A stretch of DNA of 63,997 bases, counting the filler, from Octopus bimaculoides (taxonomy: Eukaryota), in assembly GCF_001194135.2 (NCBI RefSeq). It is 8 parts of 7 records of this genome, joined end to end, with 100 filler letters (N's around TTAATTAATTAA, not from the genome) between each part and the next. Parts side by side here need not be neighbours in the genome. Positions count along the whole stretch, not along the records: positions 1 to 19,482 come from NC_068982.1; 7 more parts are not named here. One strand, given 5' to 3'. The notes beneath the pieces were generated by a model, which was given only the letters and a program-made list of their open reading frames with translations, had not been told where the DNA came from and searched no databases. The translations under genes were made by a program, and so were the position numbers. This document shows, one piece after another, positions 1 through 14,437 of this stretch. Numbering within the stretch: the first letter of the stretch is position 1; every line of letters starts with the position of its first letter.

Positions 1-190
1 ATGGGTCTAAACATAAAGGGGACAAACAGGGTCAGACAAAGGGATTGTGGCGATTACATCGGCCCCAGTGCGTAAGTGGTATTTATTTAATTGACTCCGG
101 AAGGATGAAAGGCAAAGTCGACCTCGGCGGAATTTGAATTTAGGACGACAGTCGAATTACCGCTAAGCATTTCGCCCGGCGTTCTAATGA
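1..190 (-). mobile_element. tRNA-derived SINE, family B (central motif gtcgactttgcctttcatcctt; resembles the MetaSINE domain), partial
   Basis: Shares ggatgaaaggcaaagtcgacctcggcggaatttga and gcatttcgcccggcg with at least 8 other copies in the window. Confidence 0.85.
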
Positions 191-192
191 TA

Positions 193-240
<48 letters not shown>

Positions 241-3200
241 TACACACTCATATACGTGTTTTTTCGTGTCCATATACATGCATATATATAAATGTATATA
301 TGCAGTTGGATACATATGTCTGTGTATGTATGTAGGATGCATGTGTGTATAATTTTATGTTCTTGTTTAGTTCGAAATGTGTTTTAAATTCAGAGGGATC
401 TAAAATCCAGAAACAAACATATAGCCGTGCAGTCTTGTATATATGTTTGTATTTATGCTTGCAACCACTTACCTGTCTCTTATTAATTTTTGTATCCATG
501 AACAACATACCCTGTGTAATTATGTGTCTCTTAAGTGGGATATGTGCACTCATTAGTGTGTTTCAATGTATATACATGTGCATAAGATTATACTACAGAC
601 TAAACTGCAATGCTTTGCTGTTTCATTTCTGCCCATTGTCACAATTTAGCTCTGGCTAACATTGCGTTTGAATTCAGCTCTGCGTAAGTTCTATACAAAA
701 TCAAGTGCCTCAGTAATCATAGTTGAGGTCAGCTTGATGTAGTATCTGCAGATTTGTGTGAAGATCGACATAGATGTTATTTTTAATATAATATTTTGCA
801 CTAAGTTACAAATGGTGAAACAATCTCACATTTATCCTTATCTGGCTTTTATATCGTGTAGGTTTATAATATGCAGAGATTTCTTTGAAGATCTTTTTTT
901 TTTAGCATCCGATTTGTATTTTCTGCATCATGTACTATTGTTTCATTGCATCGTACTAGTATTTTCATCCAGCTGCTTATCGTGCAGTTTGGTTGTCCGA
1001 GTTAAATTTTACAAAATCTGTTCGATGCTAAATATAGGAGACTTTCTTCTGTCTATATTGGAATTTAATATTTTTTCTTGTTTTTCTCAATCTTTTATTA
1101 CCATTCTAAGTCTTAGGTAATATATCCTTAAGTAACTTTATACTGCTGAGCACATTTTAAAGAGCTCAGCAGATTTTCAGGTTATCAGACAAACAATGCA
1201 TTCTGAAGAGATTCAGTTAATATTGATTTCCTCGTGGATGTCGAGTTCTTTTATGGATATACTGCAATATCTAGGCGCTGGTACTCACACTCAAAAAATG
1301 AATACCAAGTGTTATTCGAATCTATTTGGATCGATGTATACTAGTTTCATTTTGGTTCATTTTTAAAATTCATCTCCAAGAAATAAAAATACGAAAAAAC
1401 ATTTCTAAGCTTATATACTTTTGTTGGAATTTATATAACATCAGTAGTTGTTGAAGTATATATGGACTGTCTTTACGCGGTGAACAACTGGAAATATCTA
1501 GGATTACGAGATTTCTATTTAGACACACAATAACATAAACAAGTGCAACTATTATTATGTGTCTCAATGAAAACATATGTGCTGTGTATAAACGCTCTAT
1601 GTTTAGTAATGATAGCTCTAATTTAAAAATAAAACGTTTTTTTTTTATTTTTGTTGTCAGAAGAAATATTCACATCCGCTATGCCAGGCCCGTAATGTTA
1701 GTAATTGGTGAAGCTATGGTAGGATTGTTCCGCTAATATTCATTGTTTTTACATGAGTCAACGTACTGCAGATATTATATTTTAATATTCTCCCCATCAC
1801 TGTGTTTCCTTAGAAAGTCATTGCAATTGCTTCATTAGAAAACAGTATGCCGTAAAGAGAATGTATACTTTGGTGTTATTCCCCAGCTATTGCTGAAAAA
1901 GTTATCTTTTCCATATAAATATTTTAATCGACATTGTTCATTTTGCATCTTGGACGATTTTTGTAAAGTGTGTTATAACATGATCTTTGATGTTGAATCT
2001 CTTAAGACTACAAATAGTTTATTCTGGAGTAATTTCTTGAAATTCGGTAACAACGCGGCTTGCAACTTTAGCAATTTGACAGTTGCATTACAGCTGTGTT
2101 CAATATTAAGTACATATATTTCCCTTTCTTCATAATTACATTTGCCTATTATTTTCTTATTACATATATGTTTATAATACAATCGACATTTGTGTGTGTG
2201 TACATACATGTGTTTGTGTGTATATACATGTGTGTGTATATATGCATGTGTGTATGTGTCCATGTGTGTGTGTGTGTGTGTATGAGTGTGTGTGTTTGTG
2301 CCTGTGCTGAATTATGTATAATGAATATTCCTGTGGATATTTATTATATGTTCCACAACTGATAATTCTCAAGATGCCTTTGATAGTATCAATGAAACGA
2401 ATAATATTTACTATTCTGTTATACGCAACTGCTTATTCGTATGTAGGAGTCGGTGAAACTTGTTTCTTTGTCGCAGATCTTAATGATAGTGTAGAAACCT
2501 TGGACAACCTTGGCAGATGCAACCATAATTAAGATGAGAGAAATTTCGGCTATCATCAACCTATATCCCAGGCATTTTAGAACTACACCTCATTTTAGAA
2601 CTGTCCATTTCTTAAGAGAGTCGAAAGCAATTTAGAGAAGGCTTGCCTCTATATGGTTCAATTCAGACACGACCAGACAAGGTATGGTATCCGTTGTTGA
2701 TTTGAATAAGTCATATTCGAAATAATTGACTGCTATGAAGATATGTTATTTACTTTGTTGATGGTATTATAGACTGATTTAATAATACTATTTCATAAAT
2801 AGGTAAATGAAGTTGTAACATGTCATTCAGATTTCTACACGATTCCCAGTACTAGACGTAGATAAAAGATGACATTTCATAATTCCCTTCAAGTACATAT
2901 GAACAAATAAGACGTGCTTTGGTTTCACACTCACACACACACTCACATACGCAGACACACACACGTATATGTATACAAAGCATAATCATCACTCGCAAGT
3001 GTAGATGAATTGGTAGTATATACCATAATTTTGCTAAAAGTTTTAGGTAGCCGTGGAGAAGTTCAGTGTTGTTAAATCGAATTAAAATACTGAATCAGAT
3101 TTGCATGTACATGCAGCCTCACTACTCTTCCCAAGCATGTATCAATTCATATCTTTGTATATATATATATATATATATACACAGACCTACATACGTAAGT

Positions 3201-4227
3201 GTATATATATTTGCAGTAACAGAGGGTAGGAAGAGAGTCAGTGAGAGATGTAGGTGAATAAACAGAGAGGCGGATAAGAAAGTAAAATACTGACAACTCG
3301 GACACAGTTATTTAAATGGGAGTAAAGTAAAAAATGTAAATGAATTTGGAATATGCGTAATGTTGGGTTGTTATGTAAATGTCGATAATGTCACAGATAA
3401 TGATAAAAGGAATTGAAACGCTTTGATACGACTAACGCTCACTGATTTTATAGCTTCTAATAAATATTAGTATGCTAAAATGCGTGATAAGTCTTTGTGT
3501 TCAAGTCACTAACTAAACCAACGTGACCCAAAATGCTTATGTAAATAACATTATTCTGCGCAAACAATTTACAATAGAAATATTATTGATCAAAGGATAC
3601 GATTGGCTCCTAAATATATTCTGAAACCCGAATCGATCGATAGCGTATAACAATCTGCTTACTATCTTTGGCACATTATATTGGACAGAGCCTTTTTTTT
3701 TTCATCAGTGTTGCAAGCTTTTCATTGTCCTTTTATTTTCCTTCTTGCGCAATGTGCTATTCCAGCAAAACAGTTAGAATGAATTGTAAATAAACTAAAT
3801 TCGCTTGTTTGTTCAGCAGATTTCTTTGTCATCATCTGCTTATTTTGTTTATTATTTATTTATAAGCTTTATGTTTGTTCTCTTAACTGTTGTTCTCTTG
3901 TTGTATATTTTTAATGTATATTACATTATATATTATATTTTAGTATTATTAATGAGATGAATTGGATGTACGCACTTGATTTATGAGTAATACATCTCCT
4001 GGATATATATACAGTTTCTTAGTATTATTTACGACCATATGTTATTTTTCCAGCTGTTCAGTAATAATTTGCGCATGATTTGTTTTCGTTTCTATCAGAG
4101 AAAATGACTAGTTGGATGGTTAAACATTTGAAATCGATTTATAGTGATTCATTTTGTTTGATACACATATACATATACCCATATATAACAAGCATATATA
4201 TATATCCATTATTGAGATAGTGCCCTT

Positions 4228-4322
4228 GTGGCTAATGAGTGGGTTAGAATCTTATTACTAGCAATGCTGGTACGAATTTGTACACGCCGTCACTTTACCG
4301 ACGTGTATAAATTTGCCTTTAG
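4228..4322 (+). mobile_element. Single-arm remnant of the same fold-back family
   Basis: gtggctaa...aatcttattactagcaatgctggt...gtcacttt. Confidence 0.5.
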
Positions 4323-5399
4323 GTAGTTAAATTACTGATAAGCCACTCATGTTATATATATATATATATATATATATNNNNNNNNNNNNNNNNNNNNNNN
4401 NNNNNNNNNNNNNNNNNNNNNNNNNNNNNNNNNNNNNNNNNNNNNNNNNNNNNNNNNNNNNNNNNNNNNNNNNNNNNNNNNNNNNNNNNNNNNNNNNNNN
4501 NNNNNNNNNNNNNNNNNNNNNNNNNNNNNNNNNNNTATATAGAGATATATATAGATATATATAGGTATATAATGCAATATAATATAATATAATAAAATTA
4601 AAATATTTATATGCATATGTAAATACATATATGTCCATACTTATATATGTGTGGGTTTGTGTGGGTGTGTGTGGGTGTATACAGTGGCGTTATTATTTTT
4701 CTGTAATAAGTCCACTGTTTGGCGTTATTATTTTTCTGTAATAATGCCCTTTATATAAATATAAACGAATATGCATATATGGATAGAGGGCATCATAAAA
4801 CGTAAATAACATGAAATACGAGATACGAAAAGATGGAATACGAACTTTTATGCGAACAACGAACGAAACAAATGGAAAACAAGACAAATAACATAAAGAA
4901 CGATCCTTCATCAGTTGTCGACTCTTTATCTACTCCACATTTAGAGCAATTACGACAAAATGTGCCTTGAAGAAACAGTTGCTTCCGCAAAGCAAAATAA
5001 AATTTGGGATTTGCGGAGGGTGAAAAACAGGACAGTGAAAACAAACAGCAGGCGCTGCTAAGCCATAATGAGGTGAGGTGGCGAACGCTGGAGGAACAAC
5101 CTTTCACAGGATAAAATATAGAGGAGACAGAGAAGTATGCGTCTGATTTGTGTGGCAGACCACAAGGGAAGGAAGAAGCAAACATTAAGAAAATAAAGAT
5201 GCCCGATGGTCACGTGTGGGCAACGAGAGAGTAAAGGAGGAAAAGTGAGAAAAAGAGAGGGACAGATAATGAACGGTGAAGCGGATAGAAAAAGGATTAG
5301 AGAAAGGAAGAGAGGGGAAACCAAAGGGGAGAGGGAAAGAGAACAGTACAAGTTAGATTTGCATTGGAATTATTAAGATAATTCGGCAACAGTACTTTG

Positions 5400-5520
5400 T
5401 AGGAAAGATTATTTGCCAACATAACATGGCCGTCCTGGTTTAGGACGAATGTTACTGTAAATTATCCCCAGGAGACCTCGTCTCCAGCTGCCTATACGGC
5501 ACGGTTTGTGTACTTATATT
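5400..5520 (+). repeat. Dispersed repeat, also at ~20775-20885
   Basis: aaagattatttgccaacataacatggc(c/a)gtcctggtttaggacga is near-identical in both copies. Confidence 0.8.
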
Positions 5521-5563
5521 TTCGAACAAGGGAATGTAGCACCCTTTCTCAGCTCAAGCGGTA

Positions 5564-5608
5564 TCTGTGTATCGCGATTTCCGGGTTATTTCCCTTCATC
5601 AGCATAGA
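5564..5608 (-). ncRNA. Minimal type I hammerhead ribozyme-like motif (Penelope-type), slightly degenerate
   Basis: Minus strand TCTATG-CTGATGA-A-GGG AAATAA CCC-G-GAA-ATCGCGAT-A-CACAGA: core boxes, stem II, palindromic stem III, stem I 5/6 paired. Confidence 0.55.
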
Positions 5609-5678
5609 ATAATTGTTCGGCTAGATAAACTTACCTAGAAATGGATGGGTGCCATTCAATCATATTATAATATAAATA

Positions 5679-5714
<36 letters not shown>

Positions 5715-6106
5715 CATGGTATACGAACATTCTTACGCCAACAACGAAAGAAACAAATGGTAAACAAGACAAGTAACATAAAGAACGACGCTTCATCAGT
5801 GTCTCGCTTTGCCGGAGCAACTGCTTTCTCGAAGGCATATCTTGTTGTAATTAATTGAAATGTGGACTAGATAAACAGCCGCCAACTGATGAAGGGTCAT
5901 CTTTATGTTACTTGTCTTGTTTCCCGTTTGTTTCATTCGTTNNNNNNNNNNNNNNNNNNNNNNNNNNNNNNNNNNNNNNNNNNNNNNNNNNNNNNNNNNN
6001 NNNNNNNNNNNNNNNNNNNNNNNNNNNNNNNNNNNNNNNNNNNNNNNNNNNNNNNNNNNNNNNNNNNNNNNNNNNNNNNNNNNNNNNNNNNNNNNNNNNN
6101 NNNNNN

Positions 6107-6142
<36 letters not shown>

Positions 6143-6666
6143 TATATATAGTATATATATACTTAATAGCACCACGTGGCAAAGTCTTTCAAACCATGCG
6201 TCGGACAGCATGGCCCACTCAAGTAGAGATTTTATTTTTCTTATGAGACATATCCCTGTGTAGGAGGTTTATTCGGGATTTCGTGAAGGAATTTGTCCAA
6301 AGACCTCTTGAACGTTATGAGGTCTGTTTCTGCTTTAATGTTTGTTGGTGCAATAATAAAGACTGCGGGGCCGATTGTGGTAAAATAATTGTGCCGCATT
6401 GTTATTATGTGATACGAGTATGATTTATGTCGTTGACGGATAGCACAGAGCCAAAGTCTTGTGTGATGCTAGCATCATTTGGGCAATGGTGATGGAAATT
6501 TTTCCACACTAGTCAAATGATGTAGCACTCACAGCGACTTTGGAGAGAGTAAAACTTCACCTGTTCTAATAAAGCTTGACTAGAAAGCTTGACTAGAAAA
6601 TGTCAAGCTTAATTCTCTCCAACGCTGTTGCAAATGAAAGTATTAATAAGATTTCACATGTTATAT

Positions 6667-6702
<36 letters not shown>

Positions 6703-8192
6703 CAAAAAAGAAAATGGAAACACAGTCACCTAAGAGAATTGAATTATAAGATAAACATAGACTGGACAACCATCATAAATAAACTAGACTAGCAAATGCT
6801 AACCATCAATTTGGAAATTGTATCTTCTATATAGAAGGGAAATGAATAATGCTGCGACAGTTATTAATAATACCCCACCTCTCTCTCTCTCTCTCTATCT
6901 CTATCTCTCTCTCTCTCACTCACTCTCTCCCTCTCTCTTTCTCTCCCTCTGTATATCTGCATGCTTTTATTCAAGCATATCTTCATATATGCATACACGC
7001 ATAGACACATATCTATGTATGTGTGCGCGCACCAGTGTGTGTGGGTGTATCTAAGCCCGGAAGTTTGTGTTCGTAAACTTATATTTCTGTTGCTTCTGAG
7101 GTATAACGTATCATAAAAAATTCTGTGCACGAAACATATTTCTGGTGAGATATATTTATAGTTCGTGTACGCATTATTAGCTAATTGGTCACTTCGGTTG
7201 TATTTCACATCGTTACTAATTCACTAATCATTGTACACGAGTTTGTACAACAACTAATCTTAAGCTTTTACATTGTTGAAATCTAATAGATTTTCCTCTT
7301 CAGTTCAACACCTAGGTGCGTTCATTTGATGCACTCGGCTAAGTTAACTTTGTGTTAAAAGTTGGACGATAAACATATTCCCACACCTCTATATAAATTT
7401 CCCAGTCGAAGAGCGTTTGTGAAAAACATGAACACTACCAAACTGTCGCTATCGAAATTTAATAACAATAATGTCCCATAGTAATAAGAATGAGAAATAA
7501 ATATTCATATATCTTAGGCGCAAATATTAATTAATTACGGAAATCATCTGAACCTAAGTTAATAACGATTTATTATCAAGTGTCGTATCAATGAGTGTGA
7601 TGATAAAATATTCTTTATATAACATAAAATGTGATAATTTTATCAGTAAGTATTGCAAACCAATGGTTTCTAATATAATCTAATGTATCTACATTATGCT
7701 AAATACAAATAATAACTAGAATGTTAAATGGTTTAACATCTTTGTAATCGCTTTGGCTTGGCCAGCCACAGAGGATAAGAAATATTATCGAGTAAAGAAG
7801 CTGACTCAATAATATTTTCTACTGAACTAATGCAAAATCTAGACTGGTTGGCAGAATATGATGGAAGGTTAAATTGGAAAATTTCACCAAAACAAAAAAT
7901 TGCAAGAATTATATAGAAGATTAGCAACACAACATGAAAAGAAATTAGGATTTCAGTACATTAGGACCCAGCACTCGGAAAGCTGATGTGATAGATGGAA
8001 AGTGCGCGAAGAATAGAAGACTATTTTATCTTACATTTACAGTACCAATTTTCGTAGGGCAGGATCAACTCCTCTTTGAAATCAAATAACATATTTCCTT
8101 AAATTTGTAATTGTACATTCTTACAGGCACACCTACATTTATACATGCTCATGCAATTACATGCAGACAAAAGCGCGCGCACACATACACAC

Positions 8193-8226
<34 letters not shown>

Positions 8227-8454
8227 CAATTTCATTAGAAACTTACCGTAGTACACACACCTAACTCGTAATGCGTTTATTATGCATTAAAGGGGATACT
8301 GCAAGTAATAGAGTGCTTCTGAAAAAGTCTGTTTTCTCTCATCTCTAGTTTGTATTTCATGAAAATACACGCTTTAAGCCTGCATTTCAGTCTTTCTATC
8401 ACTTAACAGCTAGGTAAGGATTGTTCTTTTGCCTAACTTTTGATATTGAATCTC

Positions 8455-8605
8455 TAGCCTTAGATAAACGCGCGTCCTACTCACAGAGGGGACATACAAG
8501 GACAGACAAACAAATTAAGTCGATTATATCGACCCCAGTGCGTAAGTGGTACATATTTAATCGACCCCGAAAGCATGAAAGGCAAAGTCGACCTCGGGGG
8601 GAATT
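8455..8605 (-). mobile_element. SINE family B, 3' part
   Basis: tcgaccccagtgcgtaagtggtac...gaaaggcaaagtcgacctcgg; same 3' variant as the copy at 1-190. Confidence 0.8.
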
Positions 8606-8639
8606 GGTAGGCATTTGAATGTAAATGGTTCTTTATGGC

Positions 8640-9240
8640 TAGGTGGTAACCGGGCTTCTCATCTTTCTTGAAAGAGAGAATTGATGGTGCGTGAAGGATT
8701 CCAGCGGTTATGGGGTAGGTGATCATGGTACTAATATGTTCCCGTTTCAATGGAAAGAATGATGAGGGTAAAGTGAAGAAGTGTGAAACCTAGTCTGCAA
8801 ATGGTTGAAGAAAAGTATTGCCGGGAAGTGATATGGTCACAGTCGGATAATAGGAACCTTTCTTTACGAATTAATATCGCATTCCTTTACATTGGTGATT
8901 GAAATCCGAATGAATGCAGTGGAATTTGAGAATGCGATGTGAATGGCATACAGGCAATTTTAATACACTTAGAGTGAGGAGAAAGTATTGGAGATAGGAA
9001 TAGATGGAAGGAGGATATGAAAGCGGATGTCTTTGATTCCGATAGAGATGCATAGCAAATTAACAAATGCTTCAAATTCGGTTGCGGTAAGTTCCAAGAT
9101 AGTAACTGGACTTAACGAGGGAATTAAATACATTGACTTGTTGACAGCACAGGGCGATAACACGGACGCAGTCATCAATATTGTGACCGAACATCTCTGA
9201 GGACGGTCCTATAGATAAATTCAGAAACATCAAGAAGTAT
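8640..9240 (-). mobile_element. Decayed Penelope-like element RT C-terminal fragment
   Basis: Minus frames HNIDDCVRV (YIDD-like), EFEAFVN, and HSDFNHQCKGMRY*FVKKGSYYP, resembling the PLE motif SQFLRLRRxCS..DF...M...F..RGYP as recalled. Confidence 0.6.
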
Positions 9241-9466
9241 CTATGTGTGTATGTTTTAATATATGGAGGCATGTATGTATGTCTGTATAGATAAGGCATT
9301 TTACCAAGAGGCTAAACAATAAAAATAAATTCACAAATTCACAAACACGATGTGGGCTACTAAGCAATTTGCTTATTGCGAACATACATACATACATACA
9401 TACATACATGCAACGCACAGAAACAAACCCGCGCGCGTTTATAAACAGACACTCACACAAATACAC

Positions 9467-9555
<89 letters not shown>

Positions 9556-12500
9556 TACAAAGTTTGCAATAACTCAAATATTTGTTTTCTTTAGAAACAA
9601 AGCAGGTCAACTGAAAGCACACCTTTTTCAAATTCTCATATTTCAGTGTTCTGAAAATAACTTACTTAGCACTTGCCAAATCTAAACGTGATTGGTAAAA
9701 AGCCAAAAGGTTTACTAACAATGTAATAACAATTTGTCCGTCTGGTTTTAATACAATCAAGCTGTGAAATGTCCAGTTCCGTGTGGTAGTTGAAGAATAA
9801 TATGAGATCAATGACAATTCTCGTCCTATTTATTTACATATCTACGTACGAAGCCGAGATAGACAAACGTTCAATGCAATTTTAAAAGGGCTTAACACTA
9901 TTGCCAATCAGATAAATCAATGGCGTCAAATACAAATTTAGGAAATAGAAACAATAAGTTATTTCTTATTGAAATAACTTTGGTATTTGTAGCATCGATA
10001 AATATTCTCTCGGTCTATTAAAAATGGTAATGGACGTACATAACATTATTGTATATGTATCTTTGGTGTCTGTTATAACATTGCATTGAAAGTCCAACTT
10101 ATTGAGAGCAACGCTCTAAAGGATACAATTAAATAAGTATACTACCTCAAGGTTATTATTAATGCGGTAGATTGGCAGAACACTACGAGTAAGTTGCTAT
10201 TAAAATCGACAGAATCGCTAGATGATGGTGGCAGCAGTGGTAGAATCGGTAGAGTGCCGGAAAAATTGTATTAATACGGCAGAGTTACCAAAGTATCCTA
10301 TAAAAGGTGTTGGCATATCTAGTTATCACTGTCTAGGTTCTGAGATTAAGTCACACAAGTCGAATGTATATTCGTTTCATCTGTACAGGGTTATTAAAAT
10401 GGAGTTAACAGCTAAGTATTTGCCACGTGTAGTTCACTATATGCTTCACCAAATTTATGGCCCTGCGACTATGTCAGAAATCAATATATTTAATGCTTTC
10501 CATTTATAATACAGTTTTGTGTTAAACATTTGTTACACTTATACAAAATGTAAAATAACTCTGAACCTCATATTTCACAGACCGTATAGATTTGGCATCT
10601 GAATATTGTACACAAAATATAATGTTCATTAGATTCTCTCTTACTGTAAAACTAGTTATAAATACTTAAAGAAAGAAGAGTTACTAATATTTAAGTTACA
10701 GATTAGAATTACACTTCGCTTAATTCGTGGCGTCTGCTAGAAGTCTTAGGAAGAAATGCAATATCCATTATATTACCACGGACCGAAATATATGTTTCAT
10801 GTTTCCCAAAAAACTCAGTTTTTATCAAAATACATTAAACACCATACAATTTCCCTAACCGCTTAAACAGTTGAGGAAAATTGGAGTTGGCAGCGGAATA
10901 TTTGTAGAAACGGTATAGTAACATAATGACGAGCTGTGATAATATTAGTTTAGTAGCGTGGCTTGTCTCTTTGAGAAAATTATAAATGAACATATGTATT
11001 TCTAGTAATGAGGCCTGACGATATTCTACCGCACGTTCTAAAATGTTCTATCGTCGATAGCAAACGAGAGTGACAGCTTTTTTTATAGGTACGTATTTAA
11101 CAAGTAGGTAATTTACTAAATTCTGGTATTAAATCCACTATCTTTATTGTAATATGTGATTGACTTACATAGTTTTTTTACCTTTATCCAGAAGGAATTG
11201 TCTTTACAGGCTCTATTTCATTTGGATGGCTGATTATTCGTTCGAAGACCTTGATATCAAATTCATTCCGAAAGATATAAATAAATGCAATATGAGAGGA
11301 GTTTAACTGAGCTGATGTTTTATCCATTTTTTTTGTTTTTTTTTCTATTCAGTTCGGGAGTAAAGATATTGATTGATTCAGGATTTGAAAAAAGAAAACA
11401 TTCTGTTGGTGAACAAGTAACATGTTTGTTGTTTGGGTTACAGAAGAACCGATAGTCAACCAGCCACTTATATAGAGTGAGTGTTGTATTAGTTGTATTA
11501 CAGAAAGGGGTGGGGGGGCATCATTTGTATGGTAGAAAATATTTGATAGTACCATTATTATAGGTGTTACTTGAGCTTACTAGAGACTCAGATGTGATAG
11601 AAGTGGTTTCCATCTCTGATAGAACCCTTGTCTTTGAAACACATGTTTTATTAAGTTGCAGCTATCAAATATCCAGGACAGAGATCACCAGATTTCAGCA
11701 GACATCATCAGGCTTGCTATATCTAGGATATCTTTTGAGAATCAGTTGGCGTAGTTAAGTAAGACGATTTTATTGTTGTGATGGCAGTGAATAAATGTTT
11801 GTTGTTCAAAGTAATAACATTGCATTGTCCTTACGGCATAATATTTTCTATTTTCCTACCATAGTTGCTGCGTAGTTTGGAGTTGATGTATATAGGTTGT
11901 GCATGAATAAGGACAGCGTGCAGAAGATTCGGAAGCCTCTAAATGAGCAAAAACTTGACATATAATGAGACACTAAATTGCAAGACGAAAATGTCATCAG
12001 GTTTTAATGTATACAACATGTTTCTATGAAACGACATCTCACAACAAAAACAAACGTCAACAGACGGATAATACTCGTGCAAATACATGACTGATAAAAT
12101 GGACATTGCTCAAAAAAGATATCTCAAAATTAATAGAACAGTAGAACGTTATACAGGAAATAGAATTTTTAAGTATTTGTAGTACATTCATTCTGAGAGA
12201 TGAAAATAATTAAGATGCAAACATTTTATGATTTTTCACGGAATGCATTATCATGGTATATAGGGAAGGTATATCCCTAGATCATCTGCTGGGATATATA
12301 GCGATGTAAAGATTCAAGGGATTTCAAAGCTTGGTGGCCCATACTAAAACGCAATGTGTATAGTTACAGAAGTGATGTGAACACCGATGGCTTTAACAGA
12401 TGCCTTATCACACGACGAGGTAATGCGGTTTAACTTGGAATATAAGAGAGTTTGCAGTGACAAGATACACACAAAAAATAATTTGCTTTGCATATAATTA

Positions 12501-13729
12501 TCTAGCAGGAAAGCAGCTTTTGCTAAGGTTCACCCAACTGCTGAAAATAAGATTTTCTTTTTCGTAGACATTAGAATTCATAAATGCCCTTCAGCTAAAT
12601 TTGTATCTACTTGGTAAAAATGAATCAGTAGAGATGCATATTCGATTATTATCTCGTTTATCTACATTGTTATTTCGATTTAGTCATAAATGAATTACAT
12701 TTACTACCAGGAACATTTTATATTAAACTGGTGGATCTACGATCATTTTACTGATGTGCAATCTTTTAATGTTTGGTAACTAAAGCATTTAGCAGTAGAT
12801 GTGTTGTAAGTAGATTTATTGCAAAAATTGTAGGATGCTGCATTAGGTGCAAATATTTTAGTTGCAGAGAAACGGCACAATTTGATTGTTCAACGAGCTC
12901 GAAGAGACGTAGTTAGTAAGCCGAGCTCTTAAAGATATAGCCCTGCCTAAATAAAGGAAATATTCTGTTATTTGCTACATTACGAGTCAGTCTCTTATCA
13001 GTTATACTGATATCTTTCTTATGATTGAATAACTTCAACATTTTATATGTGTGTGTTTGTGTGAGCGTGTTTATAGATAGATATGTATANNNNNNNNNNN
13101 NNNNNNNNNNNNNNNNNNNNNNNNNNNNNNNNNNNNNNNNNNNNNNNNNNNNNNNNNNNNNNNNNNNNNNNNNNNNNNNNNNNNNNNNNNNNNNNNNNNN
13201 NNNNNNNNNNNNNNNNNNNNNNNNNNNNNNNNNNNNNNNNNNNNNNNNNNNNNNNNNNNNNNNNNNNNNNNNNNNNNNNNNNNNNNNNNNNNNNNNNNNN
13301 NNNNNNNNNNNNNNNNNNNNNNNNNNNNNNNNNNNNNNNNNNNNNNNNNATATATATATATATATATATACATATACACACTTACGCACACACATACACA
13401 CACACGCACACATACAGACACACCCACACAAACACACAGACATATATGTATGTATGTATATACATCGTGTTTTCAGATTATAAAATTGGTCATATCTATT
13501 ATCTTTAGATATGTTGTATCTTTGAAAGATTATAACGGAAATAATTCTAAACTGTCAAGCTATAACGAGATATGTCTGCAAACATACAAACTCTGTTTAT
13601 TGTTCGAGATGTTTGGTATTCATACAACGACAACAACAACAGCAACGATTACTAATACCGCTAATAATAATACTAACATTAATATTAGTACTAATAGAAC
13701 TACTACTAATATTACAATTACTACTGCTA

Positions 13730-13960
<231 letters not shown>

Positions 13961-14325
13961 ATGATGAGGTTGATGATATAAAAATATATAATGACAAATT
14001 CGATGACGAAAATATAAGAAATGAAGAATGCATTTAAATTCAAAGAGGAAACTCTCATAATTCTTAATTGAACTTTGTTATCTAACGGTGTAAGTAGTAT
14101 TCCTGCTGATCTGAGATTTATGATAATGATGATGAATCTGTTCTTAACGTTCATATATATGTATGTGCGTGTGTGTATGTGTGTGGGTATGTGCTTGCGT
14201 GTGTATGTCTGTGTGTACCACACACTTTGATACATATTTCCACTTTGGTACAAATGTATAGTTTGCGTTCCATAGGTTTTAAAGGAGATATGAAAAGTGT
14301 TCTTAGTTTAAAGACAGAGATAATA

Positions 14326-14371
<46 letters not shown>

Positions 14372-14437
14372 ATTGAAATATATTTGTCTTTCATTATGGA
14401 GAACATAATGTAGGTATAAACTTTAGAAAGCTCTGAT

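Larger units (their letters stand above)
4838..5941. repeat. Cluster of three copies of one dispersed repeat (4838-5000 +, 5720-5800 +, 5800-5941 -)
   Basis: Shared aacgaaacaaatggaaaacaagacaa(a/g)taacataaagaacga.ccttcatcagt; 5743-5800 and 5885-5941 form a hairpin. Confidence 0.75.

Noticed and set aside
1370-1576. 68-aa minus ORF with a hydrophobic, signal-peptide-like start
   Set aside because: Short, AT-rich, no homology; hydrophobic runs are expected from T-rich codons.
9990-12910. Cluster of + strand exon-like segments (e.g. IDKYSLGLLKM, SDVNTDGFNRCLITRR, EHFILNWWIYDHFTDVQSFNV, DAALGANILVAEKRHNLIVQRARRD)
   Set aside because: Splice phases could not be chained without stops and no protein family was recognised. 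Such signals are frequent by chance in AT-rich DNA, though a spliced antisense lncRNA cannot be excluded.
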